Assembly (NCBI RefSeq): GCF_013315695.1
Contig: NZ_CP054353.1
Length of the DNA stretch: 64,000 nt
Reading direction: 5' to 3' (one strand)
From: Escherichia coli
GTDB taxonomy: Bacteria > Pseudomonadota > Gammaproteobacteria > Enterobacterales > Enterobacteriaceae
Shown here piece after piece: positions 32,632 to 45,128 of this stretch. The translations under genes were made by a program, and so were the position numbers. Below the pieces are notes generated by a model that had not been told where the DNA came from, made no database searches, and saw only the letters and a program-made list of their open reading frames with translations. The stretch's first letter is position 1. Each line of letters opens with the position of its first letter.

Positions 32632-33420
32632 ATGCAAGTCGACCTGCTGAGTTCCGCGCAATCTGCGCACGCGTTACATCTTTTTCACAAACATTCCCCC
32701 CTTGTGCACTGTATGACCAATGATGTGGTGCAAACCTTTACTGCCAATACCTTACTGGCGCTCGGTGCATCGCCAGCGATGGTCATCGAAACCGAAGAGG
32801 CCAGTCAGTTTGCGGCAATCGCCAGTGCGTTGCTGATTAACGTTGGCACGCTGACGCAGCCACGCGCACAGGCGATGCGTGCCGCCGTTGAACAGGCAAA
32901 ACGCTCTCAAACACCCTGGACGCTTGATCCAGTAGCGGTGGGTGCACTCGATTATCGCCGCCGTTTTTGTCTGGAACTTCTGTCTCATAAGCCAACCGCC
33001 ATACGTGGTAATGCTTCGGAAATCATGGCATTAGCTGGCGTTGCTAATGGCGGACGGGGAGTGGATACCACTGATGCCGCAGCTAACGCGATACCTGCTG
33101 CACAAACACTGGCACGGGAAACTGGCGCAATCGTCGTGGTCACTGGCGAGGTGGATTATGTTACCGATGGACATCGTATCGTTGGCATTCACGGTGGCGA
33201 TCCGCTAATGACCAAAGTGGTAGGAACTGGCTGTGCATTATCGGCGGTTGTCGCTGCCTGTTGTGCGCTACCAGGCGATACGCTGGAAAATATCGCATCT
33301 GCCTGTCACTGGATGAAACAAGCCGGAGAACGCGCAGTTGCCAGAAGCGAGGGGCCAGGCAGTTTTGTTCCACATTTCCTTGATGCGCTCTGGCAATTGA
33401 CGCAGGAGGTGCAGGCATGA
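32632..33420 (+). CDS. thiM: Hydroxyethylthiazole kinase
   Basis: 262-aa ORF downstream of the TPP riboswitch. Confidence 0.95.
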   Translation: MQVDLLSSAQSAHALHLFHKHSPLVHCMTNDVVQTFTANTLLALGASPAMVIETEEASQFAAIASALLINVGTLTQPRAQAMRAAVEQAKRSQTPWTLDPVAVGALDYRRRFCLELLSHKPTAIRGNASEIMALAGVANGGRGVDTTDAAANAIPAAQTLARETGAIVVVTGEVDYVTDGHRIVGIHGGDPLMTKVVGTGCALSAVVAACCALPGDTLENIASACHWMKQAGERAVARSEGPGSFVPHFLDALWQLTQEVQA

Positions 33421-34217
33421 AACGAATTAACGCTCTGACGATTGCCGGTACTGATCCGAGTGGTGGTGCGGGGATTCAGGCCGATCTTAAAACCTTCTCG
33501 GCACTTGGCGCTTATGGTTGCTCAGTTATTACTGCACTGGTGGCGCAAAATACCCGTGGCGTACAGTCGGTGTATCGCATTGAGCCTGATTTTGTCGCCG
33601 CCCAGCTCGATTCGGTGTTCAGTGATGTGCGAATCGACACCACTAAAATCGGTATGTTGGCGGAAACCGATATTGTTGAAGCGGTGGCAGAACGGTTGCA
33701 ACGTTATCAGATCCAAAACGTGGTACTCGACACCGTTATGCTGGCAAAAAGCGGCGACCCGCTGCTTTCACCTTCGGCGGTTGCTACGCTGCGCAGTCGA
33801 TTATTGCCACATGTTTCATTAATAACGCCAAACTTGCCCGAAGCAGCCGCCTTGCTCGACGCGCCACACGCGCGCACCGAACAGGAAATGCTGGAACAAG
33901 GGCGATCGCTGTTGGCGATGGGCTGTGGCGCAGTGCTAATGAAAGGTGGTCATCTGGATGATGAGCAAAGCCCGGACTGGCTGTTTACTCGTGAGGGGGA
34001 ACAACGGTTTACCGCACCGCGCATTATGACCAAAAACACTCACGGCACTGGTTGTACGCTCTCTGCGGCGTTGGCTGCACTGCGCCCGCGCCATACAAAC
34101 TGGGCTGACACCGTACAGGAGGCAAAAAGCTGGCTTTCATCGGCGTTAGCCCAGGCCGACACGCTGGAAGTTGGTCACGGTATTGGTCCGGTTCACCACT
34201 TCCACGCCTGGTGGTGA
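33417..34217 (+). CDS. thiD: Hydroxymethylpyrimidine / phosphomethylpyrimidine kinase
   Basis: 266-aa ORF; ATGA overlap with thiM. Confidence 0.95.
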   Translation: MKRINALTIAGTDPSGGAGIQADLKTFSALGAYGCSVITALVAQNTRGVQSVYRIEPDFVAAQLDSVFSDVRIDTTKIGMLAETDIVEAVAERLQRYQIQNVVLDTVMLAKSGDPLLSPSAVATLRSRLLPHVSLITPNLPEAAALLDAPHARTEQEMLEQGRSLLAMGCGAVLMKGGHLDDEQSPDWLFTREGEQRFTAPRIMTKNTHGTGCTLSAALAALRPRHTNWADTVQEAKSWLSSALAQADTLEVGHGIGPVHHFHAWW

Positions 34218-34272
34218 GCACCGTACTATAGCTGCTTTGGTGATTGTCAGCCTTTGGCGCTGACATTCAGGG

Positions 34273-35100
34273 ATGAAACCAATGCAGCTGAGAATCACCA
34301 GTCGAAAAAAATTCACCGCTTTATTATGCGCTCTTGGGCTAATTTCCATCGTTGCAATTTATCCGCGTCAGACGGTGAATTTTTTCTATTCGACAGCAAT
34401 TCAGATTAAAGACTACATCCACTTCTACGGTTATCGCCCGGTCAAATCTTTTGCTATTCGCATTCCTGCCAGTTACACCATTCATGGTATTGATGTTTCA
34501 CGCTGGCAGGAGCGAATCGACTGGCAGCGGGTGGCAAAAATGCGCGATAACGGTATTCGCTTACAATTTGCCTTTATTAAGGCGACGGAAGGCGAAAAGC
34601 TGGTGGACCCCTATTTTTCGCGTAACTGGCAACTAAGCCGCGAAAATGGCCTGCTGCGCGGGGCGTATCATTATTTTTCCCCGTCGGTATCCGCTTCAGT
34701 TCAGGCGAGATTATTTCTGCAAACGGTGGATTTCTCACAAGGCGATTTCCCTGCCGTGCTGGACGTAGAAGAACGGGGAAAATTATCGGCAAAAGAATTA
34801 CGCAAGCGGGTAAGTCAGTGGCTAAAAATGGTCGAAAAAAGTACGGGGAAAAAGCCGATTATTTACTCAGGAGCCGTTTTTTATCACACGAATCTGGCGG
34901 GCTATTTCAATGAATATCCGTGGTGGGTGGCTCACTACTATCAACGTCGTCCGGACAATGACGGCATGGCCTGGCGCTTCTGGCAGCATTCCGACCGTGG
35001 ACAGGTCGATGGCATTAATGGTCCGGTGGATTTTAATGTGTTTAATGGCACAGAGGAGGAGTTGCAGGGATTCGTTGATGGGATTAAAGAAACGCCTTAA
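34273..35100 (+). CDS. yegX: YegX, glycoside hydrolase family 25 (lysozyme-like)
   Basis: 275-aa ORF with N-terminal signal/anchor; start may be at 34282 (MQLRITS). Confidence 0.75.
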   Translation: MKPMQLRITSRKKFTALLCALGLISIVAIYPRQTVNFFYSTAIQIKDYIHFYGYRPVKSFAIRIPASYTIHGIDVSRWQERIDWQRVAKMRDNGIRLQFAFIKATEGEKLVDPYFSRNWQLSRENGLLRGAYHYFSPSVSASVQARLFLQTVDFSQGDFPAVLDVEERGKLSAKELRKRVSQWLKMVEKSTGKKPIIYSGAVFYHTNLAGYFNEYPWWVAHYYQRRPDNDGMAWRFWQHSDRGQVDGINGPVDFNVFNGTEEELQGFVDGIKETP

Positions 35101-35151
35101 ATAAGAAGCAGTGATATACTCCCACCAGACTCCCCGGCAGGAAAAAGACAA

Positions 35152-35898
35152 ATGGAACAAGCGCATACCCAGCTGATTGCCCAACTGAACGAACGTATTT
35201 TAGCGGCGGATAACACGCCGCTTTATATTAAGTTTGCCGAAACGGTAAAAAATGCCGTGCGCAGCGGGGTGCTGGAGCATGGCAATATTTTGCCCGGTGA
35301 GCGTGATTTAAGTCAGTTAACCGGCGTTTCGCGCATTACGGTGCGCAAGGCGATGCAGGCGCTGGAAGAAGAGGGCGTGGTGACGCGTTCGCGTGGTTAC
35401 GGCACGCAGATCAACAACATCTTCGAATACTCGCTGAAAGAAGCGCGGGGGTTTTCTCAGCAGGTGGTATTGCGCGGGAAAAAGCCCGATACGCTATGGG
35501 TTAACAAGCGTGTCGTGAAATGTCCCGAAGAAGTCGCGCAACAGCTGGCGGTCGAAGCGGGAAGTGATGTCTTTTTGCTTAAGCGTATTCGCTATGTCGA
35601 TGAAGAGGCGGTATCGATTGAGGAATCGTGGGTTCCGGCGCATTTAATTCATGATGTTGATGCCATCGGAATTTCTCTTTATGACTACTTCCGCAGCCAG
35701 CACATTTACCCACAACGTACGCGTTCCCGCGTTAGCGCCCGGATGCCGGATGCCGAGTTTCAGTCACATATTCAGTTAGATAGCAAAATACCGGTGCTGG
35801 TGATCAAGCAAGTGGCGCTTGACCAACAGCAACGGCCTATTGAGTACAGCATCAGCTACTGTCGCAGCGATCTATACGTTTTTGTGTGCGAGGAGTAG
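35152..35898 (+). CDS. yegW: GntR-family transcriptional regulator YegW
   Basis: 248-aa ORF; N-terminal winged HTH, C-terminal effector domain. Confidence 0.85.
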   Translation: MEQAHTQLIAQLNERILAADNTPLYIKFAETVKNAVRSGVLEHGNILPGERDLSQLTGVSRITVRKAMQALEEEGVVTRSRGYGTQINNIFEYSLKEARGFSQQVVLRGKKPDTLWVNKRVVKCPEEVAQQLAVEAGSDVFLLKRIRYVDEEAVSIEESWVPAHLIHDVDAIGISLYDYFRSQHIYPQRTRSRVSARMPDAEFQSHIQLDSKIPVLVIKQVALDQQQRPIEYSISYCRSDLYVFVCEE

Positions 35899-36837
35899 TT
35901 CCTCGCGCGTTGGCGCACAATCACCGCCCCGATGCCCGACAACCCACGACGCCACTGCATTGCCCAGTAATACGGCATCCGCCAGTGGCAGACCAGAGGC
36001 CAGCCCGGCAAGTACGCCGCCGGCATGACTGTCGCCCGCCCCAATGGTGTCTACAACTTGCGTTGGAAATGCCGGAATGCAGCCAGAAGCGTCGTTGCTG
36101 AAATACCATGCGCCCTCTTTATCGAGACGAATGATCAACGGCGCGGCAAATTTCTCCTGCCATTGCTTGCCTAGTGTTGTTATCTCTGCGGATAGAGCAA
36201 AACGTTCGGCGGCAATCTCAGCCTCCTGACGATTGAGTGACACTAAAGGTCGACAGGCCATGATCCGCGCCAGTAATACATCCGGGATATCGCCAATACG
36301 TGGGCCAAAATCGATAAACGGCGTCACGTCTTGCAGCTTTTCCAGCCATTCCACTAACAATTCGCCGCAGGGCGAGGCCAGTTGATAACCGGAAAAATAG
36401 AGCAGGCTGCCAGGCGCAACGGTTAATCGCGCCAGCCACTGGCGATTCCACTGATTTTCCACACCGCTGAATGACATAAAAGTGCGTTCGCCATCCGGCT
36501 CAACCAGCGCCAGACACCAGCCGTTATCACCTTCGGCGTTATCGATCAGGCTGATTAAGTCCTCTTTTGCCATCCGGTTGCGAATAATCTCCGCCCACAC
36601 CCCCTGACCGAGCGGCAAGGCATTACCCGCTTCGATGCCGAGGCGCTTTAATGCCACGGCAATATTCAGTGCACAGCCGCCAACGTTAACGCTCTGCTGT
36701 TTCAGTTCGATATCGCACCCACGCCAGGGGAGGGCATAAGCGTCGGCGATCACATCAATGACCGCCGCGCCGACGACCATCACCGGCTGACGCGTGGCTA
36801 ATTCAGGCAGCAGCGTGTGTAATCGAGCGCCGCTCAT
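35872..36837 (-). CDS. yegV: PfkB-family sugar/nucleoside kinase YegV
   Basis: 321-aa ORF with PfkB-type motifs (GAGD). Confidence 0.85.
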   Translation of the reverse strand: MSGARLHTLLPELATRQPVMVVGAAVIDVIADAYALPWRGCDIELKQQSVNVGGCALNIAVALKRLGIEAGNALPLGQGVWAEIIRNRMAKEDLISLIDNAEGDNGWCLALVEPDGERTFMSFSGVENQWNRQWLARLTVAPGSLLYFSGYQLASPCGELLVEWLEKLQDVTPFIDFGPRIGDIPDVLLARIMACRPLVSLNRQEAEIAAERFALSAEITTLGKQWQEKFAAPLIIRLDKEGAWYFSNDASGCIPAFPTQVVDTIGAGDSHAGGVLAGLASGLPLADAVLLGNAVASWVVGHRGGDCAPTREELLLAHKNV

Positions 36838-37838
36838 ATCGCCTCCCGTTGTTGGCGATACTTCGCCAGCGCCGTGGCATAGCGGTTGAAATCAAGCTGA
36901 TTTACTGCATCCAGTTCCGCCTTTAACGCAGGATCGATAGCGTTAACGCCATGCAACGCGCCGCAAATTGCCGTCGCCATAGCACCGATGGTGTCTGTGT
37001 CGCCGCCAAGGTTAGCGCACAGGACGGCGCAACGGTTCGGGTCGGTTTGTGCCAGTTCAACCAGCGCAATGGCGCACGGAACGGACTCAATAGTGCTGGT
37101 ACCTGCGCCAACGACCTGGTAAAGCTGTTCGCTGGCGGATTCGGTGCCATCGGCATTGCGCACAATTTTCAGCGCAATCTCCAGACGTGCTGCCAGTGAG
37201 GCGCTGAAGGTAGTGATGCGTTTTTGTTGAGCATGTCGCGCAATTGAAGGCAGTGAATCAACAATCGCTGACCAGCTTTCTCCGTCAATGGCACGAGAAA
37301 TCGCCCATGCGATGACTACCGCCCCCGCAACCGCCAGATCGGATTTATGTGTCGGGCTGGAGGCCAGCGCCACATCATCAATAAAAGAGTCAATATCGCG
37401 CGCCGGAAGCAAACAACCTAATGGCGAGACGCGCATCGCTGCGCCGTTGGTCACGCCGTTATTTTCCAGTTCAGCAACGGGTTTACCGTCGCGAATGGCG
37501 TTAAGCGCAATCTTCGAGGTCGGACCTAGTACGTTTTTGTTAAAGGCGTCGAAACGCAGCGCCCAGTCGAGAATATTACGCCCAATCAGATCCGGATCGA
37601 TCTTGCCTTCACGTTCCAGTAACGCATCCGCCAGACACAGCGCCATCGAGGTATCGTCGGTGAATTCGGCGCGGTTAAAATAACAGGCTGCGTTATTCTC
37701 CTTTGGCCCAGGCAGAAAACGGTCAATCCAGCCAAAGTGTGCTTTGACGCGACTGCGCGGCCAAAGCTCGGAGGGCATCCCCATCGCATCCCCTAACGCC
37801 TGCCCATAAAGAGCACCGAGAATACGTTCTGTTTTCAT
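36834..37838 (-). CDS. yegU: ADP-ribosylglycohydrolase-family protein YegU
   Basis: 334-aa ORF; 4-nt overlap with yegV. Confidence 0.85.
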   Translation of the reverse strand: MKTERILGALYGQALGDAMGMPSELWPRSRVKAHFGWIDRFLPGPKENNAACYFNRAEFTDDTSMALCLADALLEREGKIDPDLIGRNILDWALRFDAFNKNVLGPTSKIALNAIRDGKPVAELENNGVTNGAAMRVSPLGCLLPARDIDSFIDDVALASSPTHKSDLAVAGAVVIAWAISRAIDGESWSAIVDSLPSIARHAQQKRITTFSASLAARLEIALKIVRNADGTESASEQLYQVVGAGTSTIESVPCAIALVELAQTDPNRCAVLCANLGGDTDTIGAMATAICGALHGVNAIDPALKAELDAVNQLDFNRYATALAKYRQQREAI

Positions 37839-39112
37839 TTAACTTCCCCTTGTGTCAACGCAATATCGCGATCATCGACCTTGATAGCCGTAATTTCGTT
37901 GTCGGATTCGCGGAAAAAAATCATGAACAGCACGGCGATAATGGCAATCATCACCGCGCCGAAAGTCCACATCCCGGCCCAGTTGAAAGTCAGTCCGTTT
38001 ACCGGTTCCTGATAAGCGAACATCTTTTCCATCATCACACCGCCAAGACGATAGCCGAGCAAACTGCCGAAGCCCTGGCAGCAGAGCGTGATCAGCCCCT
38101 GCGCGGCGGTACGCATATGCACGGGAGCTTTTTTATCGACATAGATGTAAGCGGTAACGTAGTAAAAATCGTAACTTACGCCGTGCAGCAAAATACCGAG
38201 GAACAGTAACGCGTAGGTGAAATATTCATCCGCACTACCGTAAATAAAGAAGCCATAGCGGATCGCAGCGGTGACCAGACCAAGTAATAATACCTTTTTG
38301 ATACCAAAGCGTTTGGTAAAAAACGGTAATGCCAGCATAAAGAAGATTTCAGAGAACTGGCCGAGCGTCATCCAGCCAGTGGCGTTTTTCATGCCAACTT
38401 CGGTCAGATAACCGTTGGCAAAGATGTAATAGAACGCCAGTGGCATCGCAAACAGGAATGAACAGAAGAAAAAGACGAGGAAGTTCTTATCGCGCAGCAG
38501 GATCAGCGCATCCAGGCCGAGCATGACTTTAATATCCATTTTGCCGGTGCTTTTTGGTGGCGTGTCGGGCAGGAAAAACGCAAACACACCAAGCAGAGCA
38601 GAACTTCCGGCGGTAATCAGCAGCGGGATGTTCGTCGGTGAGATATCGGCATAACCCAGCATTTGCGGCAAGAATCCACATGCCAGACCAGAGGCAATCC
38701 AGCCGATAGTGCCCATCACACGAATGCGCGGGAAATCACGCTCCACATCCGGCACGTTGGCAAAAGCGATACTGTTAGTCAGCGCAATGGTCGGCATATA
38801 GGTTAGCGAGTAGGCCAGCAGTAACGGGAAGAAGCCGGCAAAAGTGGTCTGTTGCGCAGCGAAATACATCAGCACCGCACCAGCGAACATCAATACCGCC
38901 AGCACTTTCTGTGCCGAGAAAAAGCGGTCAGTGATGGAGCCAACCAGAATCGGCGACAGGATCGCCGCAATGGCGGTACAGGCATACGACCAGCCAATTT
39001 CTCCGGCACTAAAACCGCTTTTACTTAACCACAACCACAATGGCACAAACCACGCGCCCCAGATAAACCATTCAACAAACATCATGAACGACAGCTTTGC
39101 TGTTGTTTTCAT
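37835..39112 (-). CDS. yegT: MFS nucleoside transporter YegT
   Basis: 425-aa polytopic membrane ORF; overlaps yegU start. Confidence 0.85.
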   Translation of the reverse strand: MKTTAKLSFMMFVEWFIWGAWFVPLWLWLSKSGFSAGEIGWSYACTAIAAILSPILVGSITDRFFSAQKVLAVLMFAGAVLMYFAAQQTTFAGFFPLLLAYSLTYMPTIALTNSIAFANVPDVERDFPRIRVMGTIGWIASGLACGFLPQMLGYADISPTNIPLLITAGSSALLGVFAFFLPDTPPKSTGKMDIKVMLGLDALILLRDKNFLVFFFCSFLFAMPLAFYYIFANGYLTEVGMKNATGWMTLGQFSEIFFMLALPFFTKRFGIKKVLLLGLVTAAIRYGFFIYGSADEYFTYALLFLGILLHGVSYDFYYVTAYIYVDKKAPVHMRTAAQGLITLCCQGFGSLLGYRLGGVMMEKMFAYQEPVNGLTFNWAGMWTFGAVMIAIIAVLFMIFFRESDNEITAIKVDDRDIALTQGEVK

Positions 39113-39170
39113 CTTTTAATTCCTTCATGACAGGTAATGTAAGGTACGCGATGACGGTAATGACTCCAAC

Positions 39171-39674
39171 TTATTGATAGTGTTTTATGTTCAGATAATG
39201 CCCGATGACTTTGTCATGCAGCTCCACCGATTTTGAGAACGACAGCGACTTCCGTCCCAGCCGTGCCAGGTGCTGCCTCAGATTCAGGTTATGCCGCTCA
39301 ATTCGCTGCGTATATCGCTTGCTGATTACGTGCAGCTTTCCCTTCAGGCGGGATTCATACAGCGGCCAGCCATCCGTCATCCATATCACCACGTCAAAGG
39401 GTGACAGCAGGCTCATAAGACGCCCCAGCGTCGCCATAGTGCGTTCACCGAATACGTGCGCAACAACCGTCTTCCGGAGCCTGTCATACGCGTAAAACAG
39501 CCAGCGCTGGCGCGATTTAGCCCCGACATAGCCCCACTGTTCGTCCATTTCCGCGCAGACGATGACGTCACTGCCCGGCTGTATGCGCGAGGTTACCGAC
39601 TGCGGCCTGAGTTTTTTAAGTGACGTAAAATCGTGTTGAGGCCAACGCCCATAATGCGGGCTGTTGCCCGGCAT
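39171..39674 (-). CDS. insB: IS1 InsB
   Basis: Identical to the other copies. Confidence 0.9.
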
Positions 39675-39868
39675 CCAACGCCATTCATGGCCATATCAAT
39701 GATTTTCTGGTGCGTACCGGGTTGAGAAGCGGTGTAAGTGAACTGCAGTTGCCATGTTTTACGGCAGTGAGAGCAGAGATAGCGCTGATGTCCGGCGGTG
39801 CTTTTGCCGTTACGCACCACCCCGTCAGTAGCTGAACAGGAGGGACAGCTGATAGAAACAGAAGCCAC
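39593..39868 (-). CDS. insA: IS1 InsA
   Basis: Identical to the other copies. Confidence 0.9.
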
Positions 39869-40145
39869 TGGAGCACCTCAAAAACACCATCATACACTAA
39901 ATCAGTAAGTTGGCAGCATCACCCGCGATGACAATACCACTTAATAATACCTTTTAAATACCTTTGCGGTGAAAACTTGACCGCTGTAACATTTTTTCTG
40001 ATGAATCGAGCCAACAGAAAACGCTGAAAAAACATCCAAAAGATGGAAAAACTCGCCCGTAACGACCAGGATTATGATTGCCCGCAAAAGGCGGGCCAGG
40101 ACAATCCATAGCCGATATCCAATCGGAATTTACGGGAGCATAGTA

Positions 40146-41198
40146 ATGACAGATATTGCGCAGTTGCTTGGCAAAGACGCCGACAACCTTTTACAGCACC
40201 GTTGTATGACTATTCCTTCTGACCAGCTTTATCTCCCCGGACATGACTACGTAGACCGCGTGATGATTGACAATAATCGCCCGCCAGCGGTGTTACGTAA
40301 TATGCAGACGTTGTACAACACCGGGCGTCTGGCTGGCACAGGATATCTTTCTATTCTGCCGGTTGACCAGGGCGTTGAGCACTCTGCCGGAGCTTCATTT
40401 GCCGCTAACCCGCTCTACTTTGACCCGAAAAACATTGTTGAACTGGCGATCGAAGCGGGCTGTAACTGCGTGGCGTCAACTTACGGCGTGCTGGCATCGG
40501 TATCTCGGCGTTACGCGCATCGCATTCCATTCCTCGTCAAACTTAATCACAACGAGACGCTAAGTTACCCGAATACCTACGATCAAACGCTGTATGCCAG
40601 CGTGGAGCAGGCGTTCAATATGGGCGCGGTGGCGGTTGGGGCGACTATCTATTTTGGCTCGGAAGAGTCACGTCGCCAGATTGAAGAAATTTCTGCGGCT
40701 TTTGAACGTGCGCACGAGCTGGGCATGGTGACAGTGCTGTGGGCCTATTTGCGTAACTCCGCCTTTAAGAAAGATGGCGTTGATTACCATGTTTCCGCCG
40801 ACCTGACTGGTCAGGCGAACCATCTGGCGGCAACCATAGGTGCAGATATCGTCAAACAAAAAATGGCGGAAAATAACGGCGGCTATAAAGCGATTAATTA
40901 CGGTTATACCGACGATCGTGTTTACAGCAAATTGACCAGCGAAAACCCGATTGATCTGGTGCGTTATCAGTTAGCTAACTGCTATATGGGCCGGGCTGGG
41001 TTGATAAACTCCGGCGGTGCTGCGGGCGGTGAAACTGACCTCAGCGATGCAGTGCGTACTGCGGTTATCAACAAACGCGCTGGCGGAATGGGGCTGATTC
41101 TTGGACGTAAGGCGTTCAAGAAATCGATGGCTGACGGCGTGAAACTGATTAACGCCGTGCAGGACGTTTATCTCGATAGCAAAATTACTATCGCCTGA
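40146..41198 (+). CDS. fbaB: Fructose-bisphosphate aldolase class I
   Basis: ORF 40074..41198; start [18 protein letters not shown]; 350 aa. Confidence 0.9.
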
Positions 41199-41238
41199 TA
41201 CGCCTTATACGAACAGCACTACCCCGTATGACGGAAAA

Positions 41239-41260
41239 GGCGTTTACGTCGCATCCGGCA
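41239..41260. repeat. REP-like palindromic unit
   Basis: ggcgtttacgtcgcatccggca motif. Confidence 0.4.
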
Positions 41261-41283
41261 TAAAAACACGCGCACTTTGCTAC

Positions 41284-41311
41284 GGCTTCCCTATCGGGAG
41301 GCCGTTTTTTT
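41284..41311 (+). terminator. Intrinsic terminator after fbaB
   Basis: ggcttccc-tatc-gggaggcc hairpin followed by gttttttt. Confidence 0.55.
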
Positions 41312-41371
41312 GCCTGTCATTCTGATTAATTTTCGAATTGTCGTTTTTGTGATCGTTATCTCGACATTTGA

Positions 41372-43571
<2,200 letters not shown>

Positions 43572-43854
43572 GGACGGTATATGACTAACCTGTTTGTTCG
43601 TAGCGGAATTTCTTTTGTCGATCGTAGCGAAGTTTTAGCCCATATCGGTAATGAGATGCTCGCGAAAGGTGTGGTTCATGATACCTGGCCACAGGCATTA
43701 ATTGCCAGAGAAGCAGAATTCCCTACCGGGATAATGCTTGAGCAGCACGCCATTGCAATACCGCATTGTGAGGCGATTCATGCTAAGTCGTCAGCCATTG
43801 GTGATGCTGCCAACTTACTGATTTAGTGTATGATGGTGTTTTTGAGGTGCTCCA

Positions 43855-44130
43855 GTGGCTTCTGTTTCTATCAGCTGTCCCTCCTGTTCAGCTACTGACG
43901 GGGTGGTGCGTAACGGCAAAAGCACCGCCGGACATCAGCGCTATCTCTGCTCTCACTGCCGTAAAACATGGCAACTGCAGTTCACTTACACCGCTTCTCA
44001 ACCCGGTACGCACCAGAAAATCATTGATATGGCCATGAATGGCGTTGGATGCCGGGCAACAGCCCGCATTATGGGCGTTGGCCTCAACACGATTTTACGT
44101 CACTTAAAAAACTCAGGCCGCAGTCGGTAA
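43855..44130 (+). CDS. insA: IS1 InsA
   Basis: Identical to the other copies. Confidence 0.9.
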
Positions 44131-44552
44131 CCTCGCGCATACAGCCGGGCAGTGACGTCATCGTCTGCGCGGAAATGGACGAACAGTGGGGCTATGTCGG
44201 GGCTAAATCGCGCCAGCGCTGGCTGTTTTACGCGTATGACAGGCTCCGGAAGACGGTTGTTGCGCACGTATTCGGTGAACGCACTATGGCGACGCTGGGG
44301 CGTCTTATGAGCCTGCTGTCACCCTTTGACGTGGTGATATGGATGACGGATGGCTGGCCGCTGTATGAATCCCGCCTGAAGGGAAAGCTGCACGTAATCA
44401 GCAAGCGATATACGCAGCGAATTGAGCGGCATAACCTGAATCTGAGGCAGCACCTGGCACGGCTGGGACGGAAGTCGCTGTCGTTCTCAAAATCGGTGGA
44501 GCTGCATGACAAAGTCATCGGGCATTATCTGAACATAAAACACTATCAATAA
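44049..44552 (+). CDS. insB: IS1 InsB
   Basis: Identical to the other copies. Confidence 0.9.
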
Positions 44553-44840
44553 GTTGGAGTCATTACCTCAGCCATTTATCTGTTAAGGCCAACAAATAAA
44601 GTTCATTTTCAGCAAGCGGATGATGATAACGACGTGGCGGTATCGTTGGTTATTGCGTTGATTGTGGAAAATCCGCAGCAGCAATTGAAACTTTTACGCT
44701 GTTTATTTGGCAAGTTACAACAGCCCGATATCGTCGAGACACTAATTACTCTTCCTGAAACTCAGTTAAAGGAATACTTCACAAAGTATGTTTTAGATTC
44801 AGACGAATAAATCCCTCTGTAACAATAAAAAGGACTGTTT

Positions 44841-45125
44841 ATGAAACGCAAGATTATTGTCGCTTGCGGAGGCGCGGTTGCGACCTCCACGATGGCGGCG
44901 GAAGAAATTAAAGAGTTGTGTCAGAGTCATAATATTCCTGTTGAATTAATCCAGTGTCGGGTTAATGAAATAGAAACCTATATGGATGGCGTGCATTTGA
45001 TATGCACCACGGCCAAAGTGGATCGTAGTTTTGGCGATATTCCGTTAGTTCACGGCATGCCTTTTGTTTCTGGTGTCGGTATCGAAGCATTACAAAATAA
45101 AATTCTGACTATCTTACAGGGGTGA
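44841..45125 (+). CDS. gatB: Galactitol PTS EIIB
   Basis: 94-aa ORF with active-site Cys near the N-terminus ([11 protein letters not shown]). Confidence 0.9.
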   Translation: MKRKIIVACGGAVATSTMAAEEIKELCQSHNIPVELIQCRVNEIETYMDGVHLICTTAKVDRSFGDIPLVHGMPFVSGVGIEALQNKILTILQG

Positions 45126-45128
45126 CCT

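Larger units (their letters stand above)
39156..39923 (-). mobile_element. IS1 copy C (768 bp) with 9-bp target-site duplication cgcgatgac, in the yegT-fbaB divergent intergenic region
   Basis: Inverted IS1 termini; identical 9-mers at 39147-39155 and 39924-39932. Confidence 0.95.
43800..44567 (+). mobile_element. IS1 copy D (768 bp) with 9-bp target-site duplication tcagccatt, inside gatA
   Basis: IS1 termini; identical 9-mers at 43791-43799 and 44568-44576. Confidence 0.95.
43581..44810 (+). pseudogene. gatA: gatA (galactitol PTS EIIA) interrupted by IS1 copy D
   Basis: Native codons 1-73 (43581-43799) and 74-150 (44577-44810) are in frame once IS1 and one duplication copy are removed. 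Confidence 0.85.
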
